Source of the DNA: Lama guanicoe
Lineage: Eukaryota
NCBI GenBank assembly: GCA_013239625.1
Contig: MU053881.1
Location: 3,660,001 to 3,724,000, forward strand
Direction: 5' to 3'
Length of the DNA stretch: 64,000 nucleotides
Position 1 is the first letter of the stretch; the number at the start of each line of letters is the position of its first letter. The notes under the pieces were generated by a model. That model was not told the DNA's origin and made no database searches. It saw only the letters and a program-made list of their open reading frames with translations. Positions 39,628-52,127 of the stretch are shown here, piece after piece. The translations under genes were made by a program, and so were the position numbers.

Positions 39628-40215
39628 TGTGTTAGTCATCTACTGCTGCATAACAAATTATCCCCAAATTTAGCAGCTTAAAGGACAAAGATTGATCATT
39701 TCATACAGTTTCTGAGAATTGAGAATCAGTAGTGGCTTGACTCAGAGTTGCAGTGTAGCTGTCGGCCAGGCCGTAGACTCTGCCTTGTACTGGGGCTGTG
39801 GGATGTGCTCCCCTGGCTGTCGGCAGGAGGCTTCAGTTCCTTGCCAAGTGGACTGCTCCAGAAGGCTGCTGCAGACATGGCTTTCCTTAGAGCAAGGGAT
39901 GTATAAAAGAGAGAGAAAGAAAAACAATGATGCCACATTGCTTTTTATGACTTGGTCCCCAAAACACACGTCATCATTTCCACTTTATTCTGTTCATTAG
40001 AAATAACACTGAGCGGGTGGGTATAGCTCAGTGGTAGAGAACAGGCTTAGCATGCGTGAGGTCCTGGGTTCAATCCCCAGCATCTCCATTTAAAAACAAT
40101 AGTAATAACAATAAAATTGAAAAAAACCACAGAACACTGTAAACTGACTATACTTCAATAAAAATAAATAAATAAATAAGAAATAATATTGAGTCCAGTC
40201 TGCCCGCAAAGTAAG
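39628..40215 (-). mobile_element. MaLR LTR (MLT1) interrupted by a SINE
   Basis: tgtgttagtcatctactgctgcataacaaattatccccaaatttagcagcttaaa..attctgttcattagaa. Confidence 0.7.
40014..40178 (+). mobile_element. tRNA-derived SINE followed by an L1-like 3' terminus
   Basis: A and B boxes; TSD agaaataacactgag/agaaataatattgag (39999-40013, 40179-40193). Confidence 0.85.
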
Positions 40216-40329
40216 AGCCTGAACGTGTGTATAATATATGCAATTCTGTGCCTATAAAGTGTCCAAGTATTTGAAAAAAATTTCTCTTCTTATCAGCGGT
40301 GTTTTATGTTTATGTTTAAAATTATTAGA

Positions 40330-40478
40330 CAATGTTGTGTCAATTTCTGGTGTACAGCGTAATGTCACAACATTGTCTGATGATTTTAAACACAAAACGG
40401 GAATACCAGAAATTGACACAACATTGTAAACTGGCTATACTTCAGCTAAAAATAAATAAATAAATAAAATATAAAAAA
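40330..40478 (+). mobile_element. Complex short L1 insertion with inverted segments
   Basis: TSD taaaattattaga/taaaatcattaga (40317-40329, 40479-40491); L1 terminus plus A tail. Confidence 0.8.
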
Positions 40479-40587
40479 TAAAATCATTAGATAGCTGCTT
40501 TTGTTGTGCCACTTACTCAGCCTGGACTCCAACTGAGAGGAAAAAAATGAAATGCCAGTAACTTTACAAAAATCAAAGGATTCATTT

Positions 40588-40756
40588 TAATTGTCCCTCC
40601 ACTGCAGAAACCCACTCTGTCCTTGTGAGTTTTCTTTAAAATCATGGCTTAGAAAATCAGGCTGGATTCTAATGACTGTTTTAATTGTCAGGGCATTAGA
40701 AAGTCTTAACCCTTCTTCTTCTTATAGCTGAGATTTGTAGTGGCTTGGCTTTAAAT
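40588..40756 (-). repeat. Right arm of the ~170-bp inverted repeat
   Basis: Reverse complement of 37483-37658. Confidence 0.92.
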
Positions 40757-41119
40757 AGGGAGGGGGGACAACCTAAATACCCACCCATAGGGGATTGTTT
40801 GAATAAGTTATGCCTCATTCCAGTGATAGACTGCTAGACTGTCATAAAGAATGATCATATTATCAATGAATATATGGTGCCAGGGAAGATGCCCATACTA
40901 TAATCTTAAATCAAAGACTATGACCCAATTTATAGAAAAAAAAATGAAGCCTACGTGTTCATAACAAGTGACATTTCTTGAGCACTCACTGATACAGCAG
41001 GCTTCATGCTAGTGCTGTCAATCAGTCCTTTCGGCTGATCCTTACAGCTGCCATACCTGTAGACGCTGCTCTCTTTTCGATGAGGAAATTGAAGCACCAA
41101 CAAGGTTAAGAATTTGCCA

Positions 41120-42105
41120 AAGAATGGGAGAAAATATTTGCAAATCACATTTCCGATATAGGCCGAGTGTCCAGAATATACTAAGAACTCTCACAACTCA
41201 ACGACGATTTAAAAACACCCCCAAAGGGTAAAGAAAATGGTAAAGAACTTGACTGGACATTTCTCCAAAGAAGATAAATGACCACCCATAAGCACAGGAA
41301 AAGGTGTTCAGCGCCATTTGTCATTAGGAAAATGCAAATCAAAAAGTTGAGACATTACTTTCCACTCACTAGGGTGGATATAATAATGAAATATATTGAT
41401 TTTTAAAAATGAAATGAAAAAACAGAAAATAACACGTTTTTGCAAGGGTGTGGAGAAATGGGAACCCCCCTACCATGCTGGTGGGAATATTTATTATAGG
41501 TACTGTTGCTGTGGAAAACAGTTTGACAATTTCTCAAAAAGTTAAACAGAGAATTACCATTGACTCAGAACTCCACCCCTAAGTATATATCCGAGAGAAC
41601 TGTCAGCTGTTCAAACAAAAATTTATACAAGAATGTTTACAGCAGCACTATTCACATTAGCCAAAGGTGGAAACAACCCAAATGTACATCAGCTGATGAA
41701 CGGATAATCAAAAAATGGTATATTTGTACCATGGAATATTATTCAGTCATAGAAATGAGTGAAAATCTGATACATGCTACATCAGAGATGAACCTTGAAA
41801 GTATTATGCTAAAGTGAAAGAAGCCAGACACAAGAGATCACATACTAGATTATTCCATTTATGTGAAATGTCCAGAACAGGTAAATCCATAGAGACAGGA
41901 AGCAGGTTAGGGTCCTAGAGAACGGAGAATGACTGCTTGATGTGTCTACGGTTTCCTTTTGGGGGTGATGAAAATGTTTCGGAATTAATACTGGTGATGG
42001 TTGCACAATCTTGTGAATGTAATAAATGCCACTGAATTGTACACTTTTAAGTGGTAATTGTATCATTGTGTCTTTTGTGAATTTCATCTCAACAAAATAA
42101 AATGA
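41120..42105 (+). mobile_element. L1M(B)-like 3' kb
   Basis: gaatgggagaaaatatttgcaaatca; WKQPKC..KKWYICTMEYYS; 3'UTR ggtgatggttgcacaa..aatgccactgaattgtacacttt. Confidence 0.9.
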
Positions 42106-42394
42106 AATGAAATATTCTCCCCAAATGAGGTTACACAATCAGTTGCAAAGATACAAAGGATGCAGTTTATCACCCATACCTGGGTCCTGTTTGCAAATTA
42201 ATGTATATATATTGTCTAAATCTTGTAGTCACCTTGTGATTCACGTGGATCGCGCTTGTATTTTTAAAAAGCACGAAAGTATTTTAAAAACAACATCAAA
42301 TTGTGAACGCCAATGTTTCAAAGACAGTTCGACATATTTCACTTGGTTTTGGCATTTCTTCTACTCTTCTTGTTTTCATTGTTGCAGGAGCCTC

Positions 42395-43330
42395 GCAGAC
42401 CGGGTGTGGCTAGGCCCCTGGAGATGCCCCGGGGCCCCAGAGAGCTGCACCCGCGCGCGGCCCAGCGTCTTGGGAACGGACGCGGCCCACCGGTGGACGC
42501 GATCTCGGGGGCGAACAGAGGGGAAAGCGGGCCTCCGCACCTGACAGGCCCCCCGACACCCTGGCCAGGGCGAGCCCAACAAAAGGCCCCGTGAAATGCA
42601 GCGGGAGAAAGGGCTGCAGCCCCCGTCGGATGGGAACCACCGCTGCCGACCAGCCCCCGGGGCCGCGCCGCCCTTGTCCCCGGAGTGAACTCTCCCTCCC
42701 TGCGCCCAGCGAATGGCGGGGCGCGCGGCCGCGGCCCCTCTCCTCCCTCCCTTTAAAGAGAAGGGCGCGATTGTGTGGATTTCACAGTCTGAGCACAGCT
42801 GAAAGGGAGAGAATTAAGTCTCCCTCACGGCTCTTTTCAGGGAGGCCGAGGCTGCGATTCGCCTTCATTCAGAATATATGAAGCCTTTGTGCGCCGGGGC
42901 CGGGCGGCGGCGGCGGCCCCGCGCCCCGGCGGACTCGCTTTACAGTGGAAACGTACAGTAATTAACGCGGGCTGCGCTCCCGCCCGCGCCGCGAGTTGAA
43001 GGGCGCCGCCGCCCCCGCGCGCCTGGGAACCCGAGCCCGCCGCCCGGGCCCGCGTTTGTCCACCGGAGAGCGCGGCGCATTTGTAACCCTGGCCTCGCAG
43101 CCTGAGAGCCATCCATTTTGGCTCCGGGCTGCCGGCGGGCTGTCTGGGTGCGCGGTGGCCCCCGCATGTGTTGCTAATAAAAGGCCAAGCGCGCTGTCTG
43201 CGCTGCGAGCTCGCGGCGGGGGGCACTGCCCGGGCTGGGGGAGGAAGCCCGGGGGCCGGCGATGTGGCCCCCTGGGGGCTCCTCCATCTCTGATTGCGGG
43301 GAGCTGTGTGATTCCGAGGGGGCAGGAGGG
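42395..43330. promoter_or_regulatory. Orphan CpG island ~18 kb 3' of MSX2
   Basis: About 900 bp, very GC- and CpG-rich, non-repetitive; no credible coding ORF. Confidence 0.85.
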
Positions 43331-45590
43331 ATGTAGACAAAATACTTCAGCCTTCCTCCATGGGAATTGTCACCATGAGATTAAAATTTAATTTAATTTA
43401 ATTTTTTCCCTTGGTCTACAAGAGATGAAATCTGGCCAGAATGGCTGAGGCCTGCCAATATTTTGGCTGTGCTTAGTTTTCAAGCTTCTTTTTTGTCACT
43501 CTACTCAGATGATTCATGCTGGAAAGCATGTTGTATCATTTATCCAGTAAAGCAGCCTAATAAAACCCCCCTTCAAATATGTTTCTTAAAGAGCCAGAAG
43601 AATTTGTTCCCGTGGACTCAAACCTATGTTCTTAATAAAGGCTGATGGAAGAAAGGAGCTGGGGGGCCGGAGGGGAGGTGATGGGGGGGCGGTGGTAGAG
43701 AAGAGGGAGTTATCTCACGCTTGTTGGTGAAACTCCAGCACTGCCCGTCGTCCACTTCCTTCCCCTTCTGTCCTGGAGGGGGTTTAAATATATGGCTTCA
43801 CACAAAGTTTTGAATGCAAAGTTTATTTTTAAAAGCCACCCTTCTCCCAGGGCCAGCACTACAGGGATGCTGATGTCCAGTTTTGAGCTCTGTAAGAAGG
43901 AAAGCCATGTATTAGACCAGTACCTACGGAAGGGACTCAGTGCCTGCCCATGGTTCAGGGTCATGGTGAGCAAGGCCTCCAGAATGGGTTCAGTAGGCTC
44001 CTGCGGGGTGGGTCACCTGCTTCAATGCACAGTGGGCCTCTTCGAGCAGTTCTTTCCATCTCTGGGCAAATCTCCCCTTCCTTGCACGGTGGGAGCAAGT
44101 AACAAGGCCCCTTGCCCCGGCTGAAATGACAAGCCTCTCCTTGCTGGACAAGACTCATTATTAAGCAGAACTTGATGCCTGGTTTAGCCCAAGGGCTCTG
44201 TCTGGGTTCAGATGCTGGTGCTTCTACTGACTCTGTGTGGCCTTAGAAATGGAACGTCTGCTTACTGTGTCTCAGTGTCCTCCTCTGTAAAATGGGGGTA
44301 CTGATCTACCTACCTTTCTAGGTGTAGTGGCCATCAAATGACACAACACGTGTAGCTATTGGTTCATTATTTTTAAGAATAACTACCATTTATGGAGCAC
44401 TAGCGCTGTGTTAAATGCTTTACCTACATCACATCATTCCATCATCAGTGGAGGTGAGTATCCCCAATGCACAGATAAAGACATGGGAACAGAGAAACAG
44501 AGAGGTGAAGAAACAGGTGTCATGTCACACAGCGGTTCTAAGGGCCATGGTGCAACTTCAAGTCATCCTGGGAGCAAGGAGTAAGGGCGCAATCTGACCA
44601 AGAGTGAGAGAGGGTACAATGAAAGCTCTCCGCTGGTTGAGAAGTAAGTGATTTTTAACCCTTTTAAGAGAAGCTTTAAAACCTATATGTGAACACACTT
44701 TGGGTGGTAAGGCACGAAAGAGTGGCTAAGAGGATGATCTCTGGCACTAGAAAGTCCTGGGTTTAAATCTCATTTCCACTAATTACTAACTGGGTCATCT
44801 TTAGCAAATTCCTTAATCTCACGTAAACCTCAGACTCTTCATCTCTTGAATAGGCATAACTGTGGTCCTTGCCTCGAGGGGTTCTTCTGTAGATTAGATC
44901 AGACGGTGCAGATCTGATTAGCTATTGCTCTTAGAGAACAGTCATCCACCTTGATTCCAAAGGTTCTGATACTCGGTCCACCTGGAACAGACCCTTTCCC
45001 ACAGGCTGGGGGTTTTGAATTCTACCACTAGGGGGTTTATTGCTCAGCATGTTACATTTTATGTATCAGTTTCACGTGCCTGCTCATTTAATCCTCCCTC
45101 TGAGGGCTCAACGTCTAGTTACAGGCTGAGCAAAAGGTATTTCTTCTCTAGTCCCAATCCTCTCTGCTGCTTCTTTCTCCAGAAGCCTCTCCTGAGCCCT
45201 CATCCTGGACTAGGTCCTGCCATAGCCCTGACGTGACACCCTGAACTTGCCCTTCCGAACACTTAATACCTCCCTCATCATGTCCTCCACGGCAGTCTTC
45301 CAAGTCTGATTAGGGAGCCACAAGAACAGGCACCATATGGATCGTGTTCAGGTCTACATAAGCTGAGTGCATAGTAATGAGCATCTCTAGTGCCCAAACT
45401 GTGGCCTTGAATTTTATTCGTCACCACAAGGGACCCGCGCTCCTTTGGAGAAATGACTGATTCCATGTCCGAGACGGGAAATGCACATGGTGAGGCTCGA
45501 TCATCCTTTACTGGAAAGCAAGGTGGCTTTCAAAGATTTTTAGAGTTGTATTAAAAAGACAGGAGCTGTTTTTAAGAAGCTCGAGTTGAT

Positions 45591-45721
45591 GGAGGAGGGT
45601 ATAGCTCGGTGGTAGTGTGTGCGCTTAGCATGCACGAGGTCCCGGGTTCGATCCCCAGTACCTCCATTAAAAATAATAATAATAAAAATAAATAACTAAA
45701 CCTAATGCACCCCTCCCCCCA
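45591..45721 (+). mobile_element. tRNA-derived SINE inserted in an old L1M 3'UTR remnant (~45400-46710)
   Basis: A and B boxes; TSD aagaagctcgagttg/aaaaagctcaagttg (45574-45588, 45722-45736). Confidence 0.88.
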
Positions 45722-48700
45722 AAAAAGCTCAAGTTGGCCAAAGAGGGATCATTTGTGCACCCAGATAATGACGGAAATAGACTGAAACACATCAAAGCGG
45801 CTTAAAAAACATGAGCCCACCAAGCTTTGGAGAAGGCTATCTGACCATCTCATTCTTCTGAAAAGTGGCAACTGAAGAGAAAGCCTGGAACATTCCTCCT
45901 GACATTACATGCTCACTGTGCGGTAAGGCAACCAAATGGTTGATGGAAAAAGCAATTCTCTTTATGGAAGTATTCTGGTTAATAAATGAATAGGAAATGA
46001 CAGAGTTAGGATGTCACTCTCTCACAGCCCCTAATGAAGTAGTGGATCTAGGACGTGATCGTCAATAGCTTCAAATGGCACCAACAGCAGGACAACCAGC
46101 TGTTAAGCACCCCTGGGATGGAAGAAGGCCATTTAGAAAGTAGCTTTTCCAGAAGGAGATCTTAATCAAGACTCTAGACCCAAGTAACCATTTGTAAGGA
46201 CCACAGGGGACAGAGGAACCTGTGGGATGATGTGATGGGGATGCAGACTGTGGGAAGACATACAGACGATACGTTAACCTATACATTAAAAGAGACTTTC
46301 AGAGACATACCAACAGCTTGTAATGTATGGACTTTATTTCCATGTTAATTGCAATAAATTGTCATTTTAAAAACTACAAGACAAAGAGGTCTGTCTCTGC
46401 ACTGCTTGGATATTTAATGGTAGTGAGAAATTATAGTTCATTTTTGGTTGGGATAATGTCATTGTGCTTACTTTTTTTAAAATACTTTTTTCTCTTTTAG
46501 AGATGCATGTTTAAGTGTTGACGGGTTAAAGACTACAATGTCTGAGAATTGTTTCAAAATCTTCCAGGAAAAGAGGGGAAATAGTGGGGAACAGGATTAA
46601 GGTGAAACAAGATCGGATGTGAGCGGATAATTGGTAAAGCCAGTGATTGTAGGTGGAGGTCTTTATCCCAGCCTCTCTCTTTTGTATGTTTGAAAATTTC
46701 TAGAATAAAAGGGGAAAAGGGAAAAAAAATTGCCAGTATTCACTTCTGTCAGTTAAAAGCGACTCTGGGGAGTCAGGGAACCCTTAGAAAAAGGGAGGCC
46801 CATCCTCTCCGTGTAACCTTTGGCTGATTTCACATAATGAAAATAATATGTTCCTTTGCTTGTTTGAGGTCATGTAGTGCCTGTTTCCTCAGCTGGCACA
46901 GGAGCCTCGTGGGGGCAGGCTCTGTTTTTGGTTACTGGTTATCCCACGTGCTGTCACATCCCGAGTGGGCCACGTATAAGTACTTGCTAAGTGAATGCTC
47001 CTCACGTGGGAGGCTGGGGCATGTATTTCCATTTCACAGATGAGAACACTGAGGCAGAGAGAGCTGCTGTTCTCTCCCAGAATCACGTAGCCAGTTAGCA
47101 GTGGGGCTGGGACTCACACTGCAGGGTCTGTGAGGCTCCCCAGTCAGTACCCTGTGGACAGGGCATCTCAGCCTGATGTCAGAAGCTGAAAAGAGGTCTA
47201 AAGACACTGGCATTTATAAGTAGACAGTGGTTATCTTTCCTTAGCCATTCTCCATGGAACAGATGGAGAGTAGGAGCGATGGGGATAATAGTAGCTCACA
47301 TTTCTTAGGGCTGGACATCACTGTGAGCACTCACCCACAATGAACTCATTTGATGCTTATAACAATGAGGGAGGTGGGTTCTACTATTAACCCAGGAGAG
47401 CAAGGCCCAGAGAACCCTGACCACAGAGCCTCATGCCCTCATCCCAACTTAGACCCTTAACTCCTCCCTTAAAGACCACTGATAAATAAAACTGTATTGT
47501 CAAGTTTGACCTGGGGGTCTGAAGGTTGGGCTCTGAGGACAGGCGGATGAAATGCTCATCTTACAGCAGCCACTGGATAGCAGGTGAACAGGTTCACATC
47601 GGATAACTGCAGGTCCGCGCTGCTCTCGGTGGTCTGATCCTCCTGGGACAGGGAGTCAGAAATCTTGCAGTAAATCCCCAACACCGGCAGGTCCCTTGCC
47701 CTTGCTGGGCCTCCGTTCCTCCATATTTCAAACCAAGAGAGTCAGACTAGACAGATGTTCCTAGAAGATGCCACACGCTCTGACATCCTTTCATCGACCC
47801 TTGAAATTCTGTGATCCCACCACGGGAGCTGTGGTGTGTCTGGGATATCGTCACATCAAGCAGTTGAAGGCTCATTTTTAACCCCTCATAGATGTCTCTT
47901 GCAAATTATCCAGGGTCATGGACTAGTTTAAATACAAAAGCTTAATTTCCTCTGCTTGGTTACTGTTTGAAGGAATGATCAAAAAGAGTCAAAGAACAAA
48001 CACAGTTGGCTGGAGAGAGAATGGCCGGGAGGAACTGAGGGACCTCTCTCGCTGGACCCCTCCGGATTTGGAAATCCTCGGGGCCTGTAATGCATGGCTG
48101 CATTAGGCAGGCAGGTGAATCATAACATTTTGAGCCCTCAAAGAAAGGCAGAATAAAGGAGACAGAGGGCAGGGAGAGTGAAGGCTCAGTGTTTTCTTAC
48201 TTAAAGACATGTTTCCAGTGCAGTGTGATGGGTTGAAGGGAATGAATGGCCATGATTTAGTTATCTTTTGGGTGGATGATTTTAAATGCATGTTGGAAAC
48301 GCTTTCATGAGACTGACTTTTAAAGCCGGGGCACAGAGTAGAAGTCCTTGATGGGGAAGCTGCTGTTTGTCTTTCAGAGTTTCTAAAAGCCTGGGGCCTT
48401 GAGATTCCTGATGCAGGCATTTTGTTTCTATGTTTCCAACTGGCCATCACTTGCTTTCACCCCGGGATCCCTCAGATTGTCATCAGACCCCTTGGCATAA
48501 GAGAAGGCAGAAGGGCAAGGCGGATGTTGCAAAGGGAGGGAGGGAGGGAGGATGGGATGGGGGAAAGGTGTTGACAATAGGATTCCTCTAATCCATGCAA
48601 TGTTTATTTGGGGCTTCGAAGTGCCCACCGCTGTGATGGGTCCTGCGAGGGAGGAGGAGGGGCAGTGAAGGATGACCAGTGCTGGATAAATTATTGAAAC

Positions 48701-49344
48701 TTCTCCTCTGGCTGACTGCTCACTGGCAAAATGGGTCAGCTTCGGAAGTCTTGCTCAGTCACACCCACCTGCCTCAACACTGAGGGGTTTCAGGTCATGC
48801 CCATATTATTCAAAATGGCACCAGGGAAAACAGCTCGGTTAGTCCTTTGTCTGCACCCCACTCCTCCTGCACTGAGCCCCCACCAGGCTCTGTCACTACC
48901 TGCTTGAAAACCTTTAGTGTCTACTTAATGCCCAAGATAAGGACCAGAATCCTCACCAAGCGGTGCAAGGTTCGCCGCCACCCCCAGAGGGCGTTCTCCA
49001 GGTCAGGGGTCAAGAGTAGCATTTTATAGATGTTGTCTCATTTTATCTTCACGGCACCATCTGAGATTAGTCAGATGTCATCGACAGGCTGCAGATGAAG
49101 AAATCAAGTTCCAGGGAGGTTAAGTACTTGCCCAAGGTTGGTGGAGCGAAGACTAGGAGCCAGGAGCTCTGACCTTGAGTCCATACACTTTCCGACCCCT
49201 CGTAAACCCATCAGCTCCTTCTGGGCATCCAACCTCCTGCACAAGCCTGTGCCACTCTTTTTTTCATGTGGCTCAGTACTTCTTCTTCCCACCTTCCTCT
49301 CCCTGGAAAGAAATTAGTAGTAACAGTAATAGTAAATAGCACTT

Positions 49345-49885
49345 TTTTTCTTTTCCTTTTTTTTTTTTTACAACATTTAACCTTTTTTTTCCAGTTTTAT
49401 TGAGATAGACTTGACATACATCACAGTGACGTTTAAGGGGGAGAGCATAATGGTTTGACTTACATAAACTGTGAAAGGATTCCTGCAAGTTAAGTTTAGT
49501 TAGCATCCATCGTCTCTTACAGAGACACTAAAGAGAGAAAGGAAACAAAGAGAAACTTTTTTTCTTGGCGATGAGAACTCAGGACTTAACCTCTTAATAA
49601 CTTTTTATGTATCTCACGCAGCAGGTTTAGCTAAAGTCGCCCCGCTTTACATCACATTCCTCGTTCCTTACCTTGTAATTGAAAGTTTGTATCTTTCAAA
49701 CACTCTTCTCCAATCCCCTCCTTCCGCTCCCTGCCTCTGTTAACCACAGATTTGATCCCTTTTATTTGAGATTGTTTTTCTCCTTTTCCTTTTCTTTTTT
49801 AGGTTCCACATTAAGCGATATTATACAGTATTTGTCTTTCTCCATCTGACATATCTCACTTAGCATAATGCCCTCAAGGTTCATG
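49345..49885 (-). mobile_element. L1 3' end
   Basis: Poly(T), ttttattgagataga.ttgacata.a.cac, tatttgtctttctc..tctgac.tat.tcacttagcataatgccctcaagg. Confidence 0.85.
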
Positions 49886-51999
49886 GGATGACCAGCACTC
49901 TTTGCTATACCATCTCCCTGACGTTAATACAGTGAGACTGAAAAGAAACCCAAACAGAGCAATCAGCAGCCTCCAAGTGTGGTGGAATGGATTCCTGCTT
50001 TATCCGATCTGCTTGCTTTGCCTGGGCAGTTTATGAATCAATTGGATATATGTGAAGGCGAACTTCCCAGGAGAGTTGTAATTGTAGTAAGCACCCACCT
50101 ACACCATCACCACCACCGTCCACCTGCCAAGATTAACCTTTAAAGGCTGCAGAAATATTACTATGTTATCATCCCCCTGCCCCTAATCTCCCAGCTACAG
50201 TGACTAACAGCCCCTATCTCCTTTGGAGGGGAAAACAAATCATGGTACTTTGGCTTGAATTTTCTGTTTGCGGTGGGAAGTCTCAGCTCTTCTGAGAACT
50301 GGTGACCCTTCGTGTGGATAAGCCTCTCCTTCGCCCTCTACGTAATGCCACCTGCCTTGAAGAAAGAATGTAGGTGACAGAGCTTTGTACACTGTACAGA
50401 GATGCCCAAATGCCACTTCTGACTTGTTGGTTCTGAAATGGCTTCCGGGGCCAGCTTTGCAGCAACAAGACCACGTGCCTCCCTTCCAGCCTACCATCTG
50501 TTTAGAGTTGATGGGGCTACCTGGCTTCTTGAAAGACTCTAAATGCCCAAATCATTGAACTCACGCAATCAACGTGGAGCCCTCACCACCACAAAGTGCT
50601 CTTTGTCCATTTATTTTACGGGAGTCATTTAGTTTTAATTTACGATCATATTTCATAACCTACCCCGCAAATGGCCTGCAGTTCTGTGAGAAGAGATGAA
50701 GGCCTGGTAACGTGAGACCTCATTCTGGCTGGGAGTTTAGAAATCTGGGCTCTGATAAGTGCAGGGTGACTGTCAGACTTTGGGGGAGATTTTTACAATC
50801 TGTGAATTAGTAATGCATGAAACGGCCAGGTTTCTTTACAGTAACCTCAAAAATCAAGATGTCATGTCATGTCACAAAGGCTCACCACACCCCCAGATCT
50901 GTAATCTGTGTTATTATATCCTCCAGGAAGTCGTGGTCCTTAGAACCCTGAAAGAGACTTTGAGTTGAGTGCAGTTCAATGTAGTATAGATGACTACTTT
51001 CTACTTTCCCACCCGATTCCTAGAAATGATATTTGCTTTAAAATCCCATCACTTGTCTCAAGGGAGCTGGAAAGTGTTAATTATGCTTCTGGGAAATAGA
51101 TCTCAGGTTTGCAGAAGGAGGGACCAGAAGTCCCGTACTGCAGAAGAGAAAACTGAGGCCCTGAAGACAGCAAAAGAAATTTTTCTGGAGATCCTCCTCT
51201 CCTTCCAAAGTAGCTGCAGGTCTGAGCCAGAGCTCCGCCCCTTGCACTCCTGTCCGTGAGTGTGTTAATTAACCTCTGGACCACCCTGTCAAACAAATTC
51301 TCAAGAAGTGTCCTACATCCACCTAGACAATTTTATTACTCAGGAGAGTTTCATTTAATGCAATGCTTTCAATATGTTTTGCCCATGAAATATAAGGACG
51401 AGGAGAACTGATTCTGCGCAGTAGGACTAACATACCAGTTGGGGTCGTGAAAGTTTCTTTAATACTCATCTGTGACCAGTCATCCCAGACTTGAACCAAA
51501 TCAAGAATTTTTTTTATTATTAACGGTCTTGATAGCACTACCTTGTCCATCTTGCCAAATGCAAATCATTTTTATTGTCTTTGTGAACCGAAGCAACTTT
51601 TTAAAAGCCTGAACTCGTGGCAAACCTACGTATTTTCTCAAACTTTAAAAATCAGTGAAACCCCGAGCTCCCAAGTGTTCCTGGAACTATGATGTCATTT
51701 GGTCAAACATTCGCCTTCATTCATTCAGTAAACCCTGTGCTTGCTGAGCACCTTCTGGGGGCCATGCCCTGCTCGGAGCACTGGGGACACAGCTCAGAAC
51801 CAGACAGAACAAAACTTTGCCTTCTGGGTTCCTATCTCTTACCCCACTGCTAATCCCTGCCTTGGTTTATATGCAAAGTAAGACTCAGAGAGACATCAGT
51901 GGCCAGTTTGGACTTGAACTCGGTAATGAGGTACCACCAGGTATCTCATTTGCTGGTCTTTGGTGGAAGCACCAAATTATCAATAAAAAGAGGAGCATA

Positions 52000-52127
52000 G
52001 GGGGAGGGTATAGCTAGTGGGTGCCTAGCACGTACAAGGTCCCGGGTTCAACCCCCAGCACCTCCACCAAAAGTAATAAATAAATAGATAGATAAACCTA
52101 ATTACTACCCACCCCCGCCAAGAAAAA
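52000..52127 (+). mobile_element. tRNA-derived SINE
   Basis: ggggagggtatagct..ggttcaacccccagcacctcca..aaacctaattac. Confidence 0.85.

Noticed and set aside
23207..41120. L1 body ending at 23207 and L1 3' piece starting at 41120 as one split element
   Set aside because: They are separated by 18 kb of unrelated old sequence and there is no evidence they share a subfamily or TSD.
42107..43391. Multiple overlapping ORFs in the orphan CpG island
   Set aside because: They occur in several frames on both strands, as expected for GC-rich non-coding DNA.
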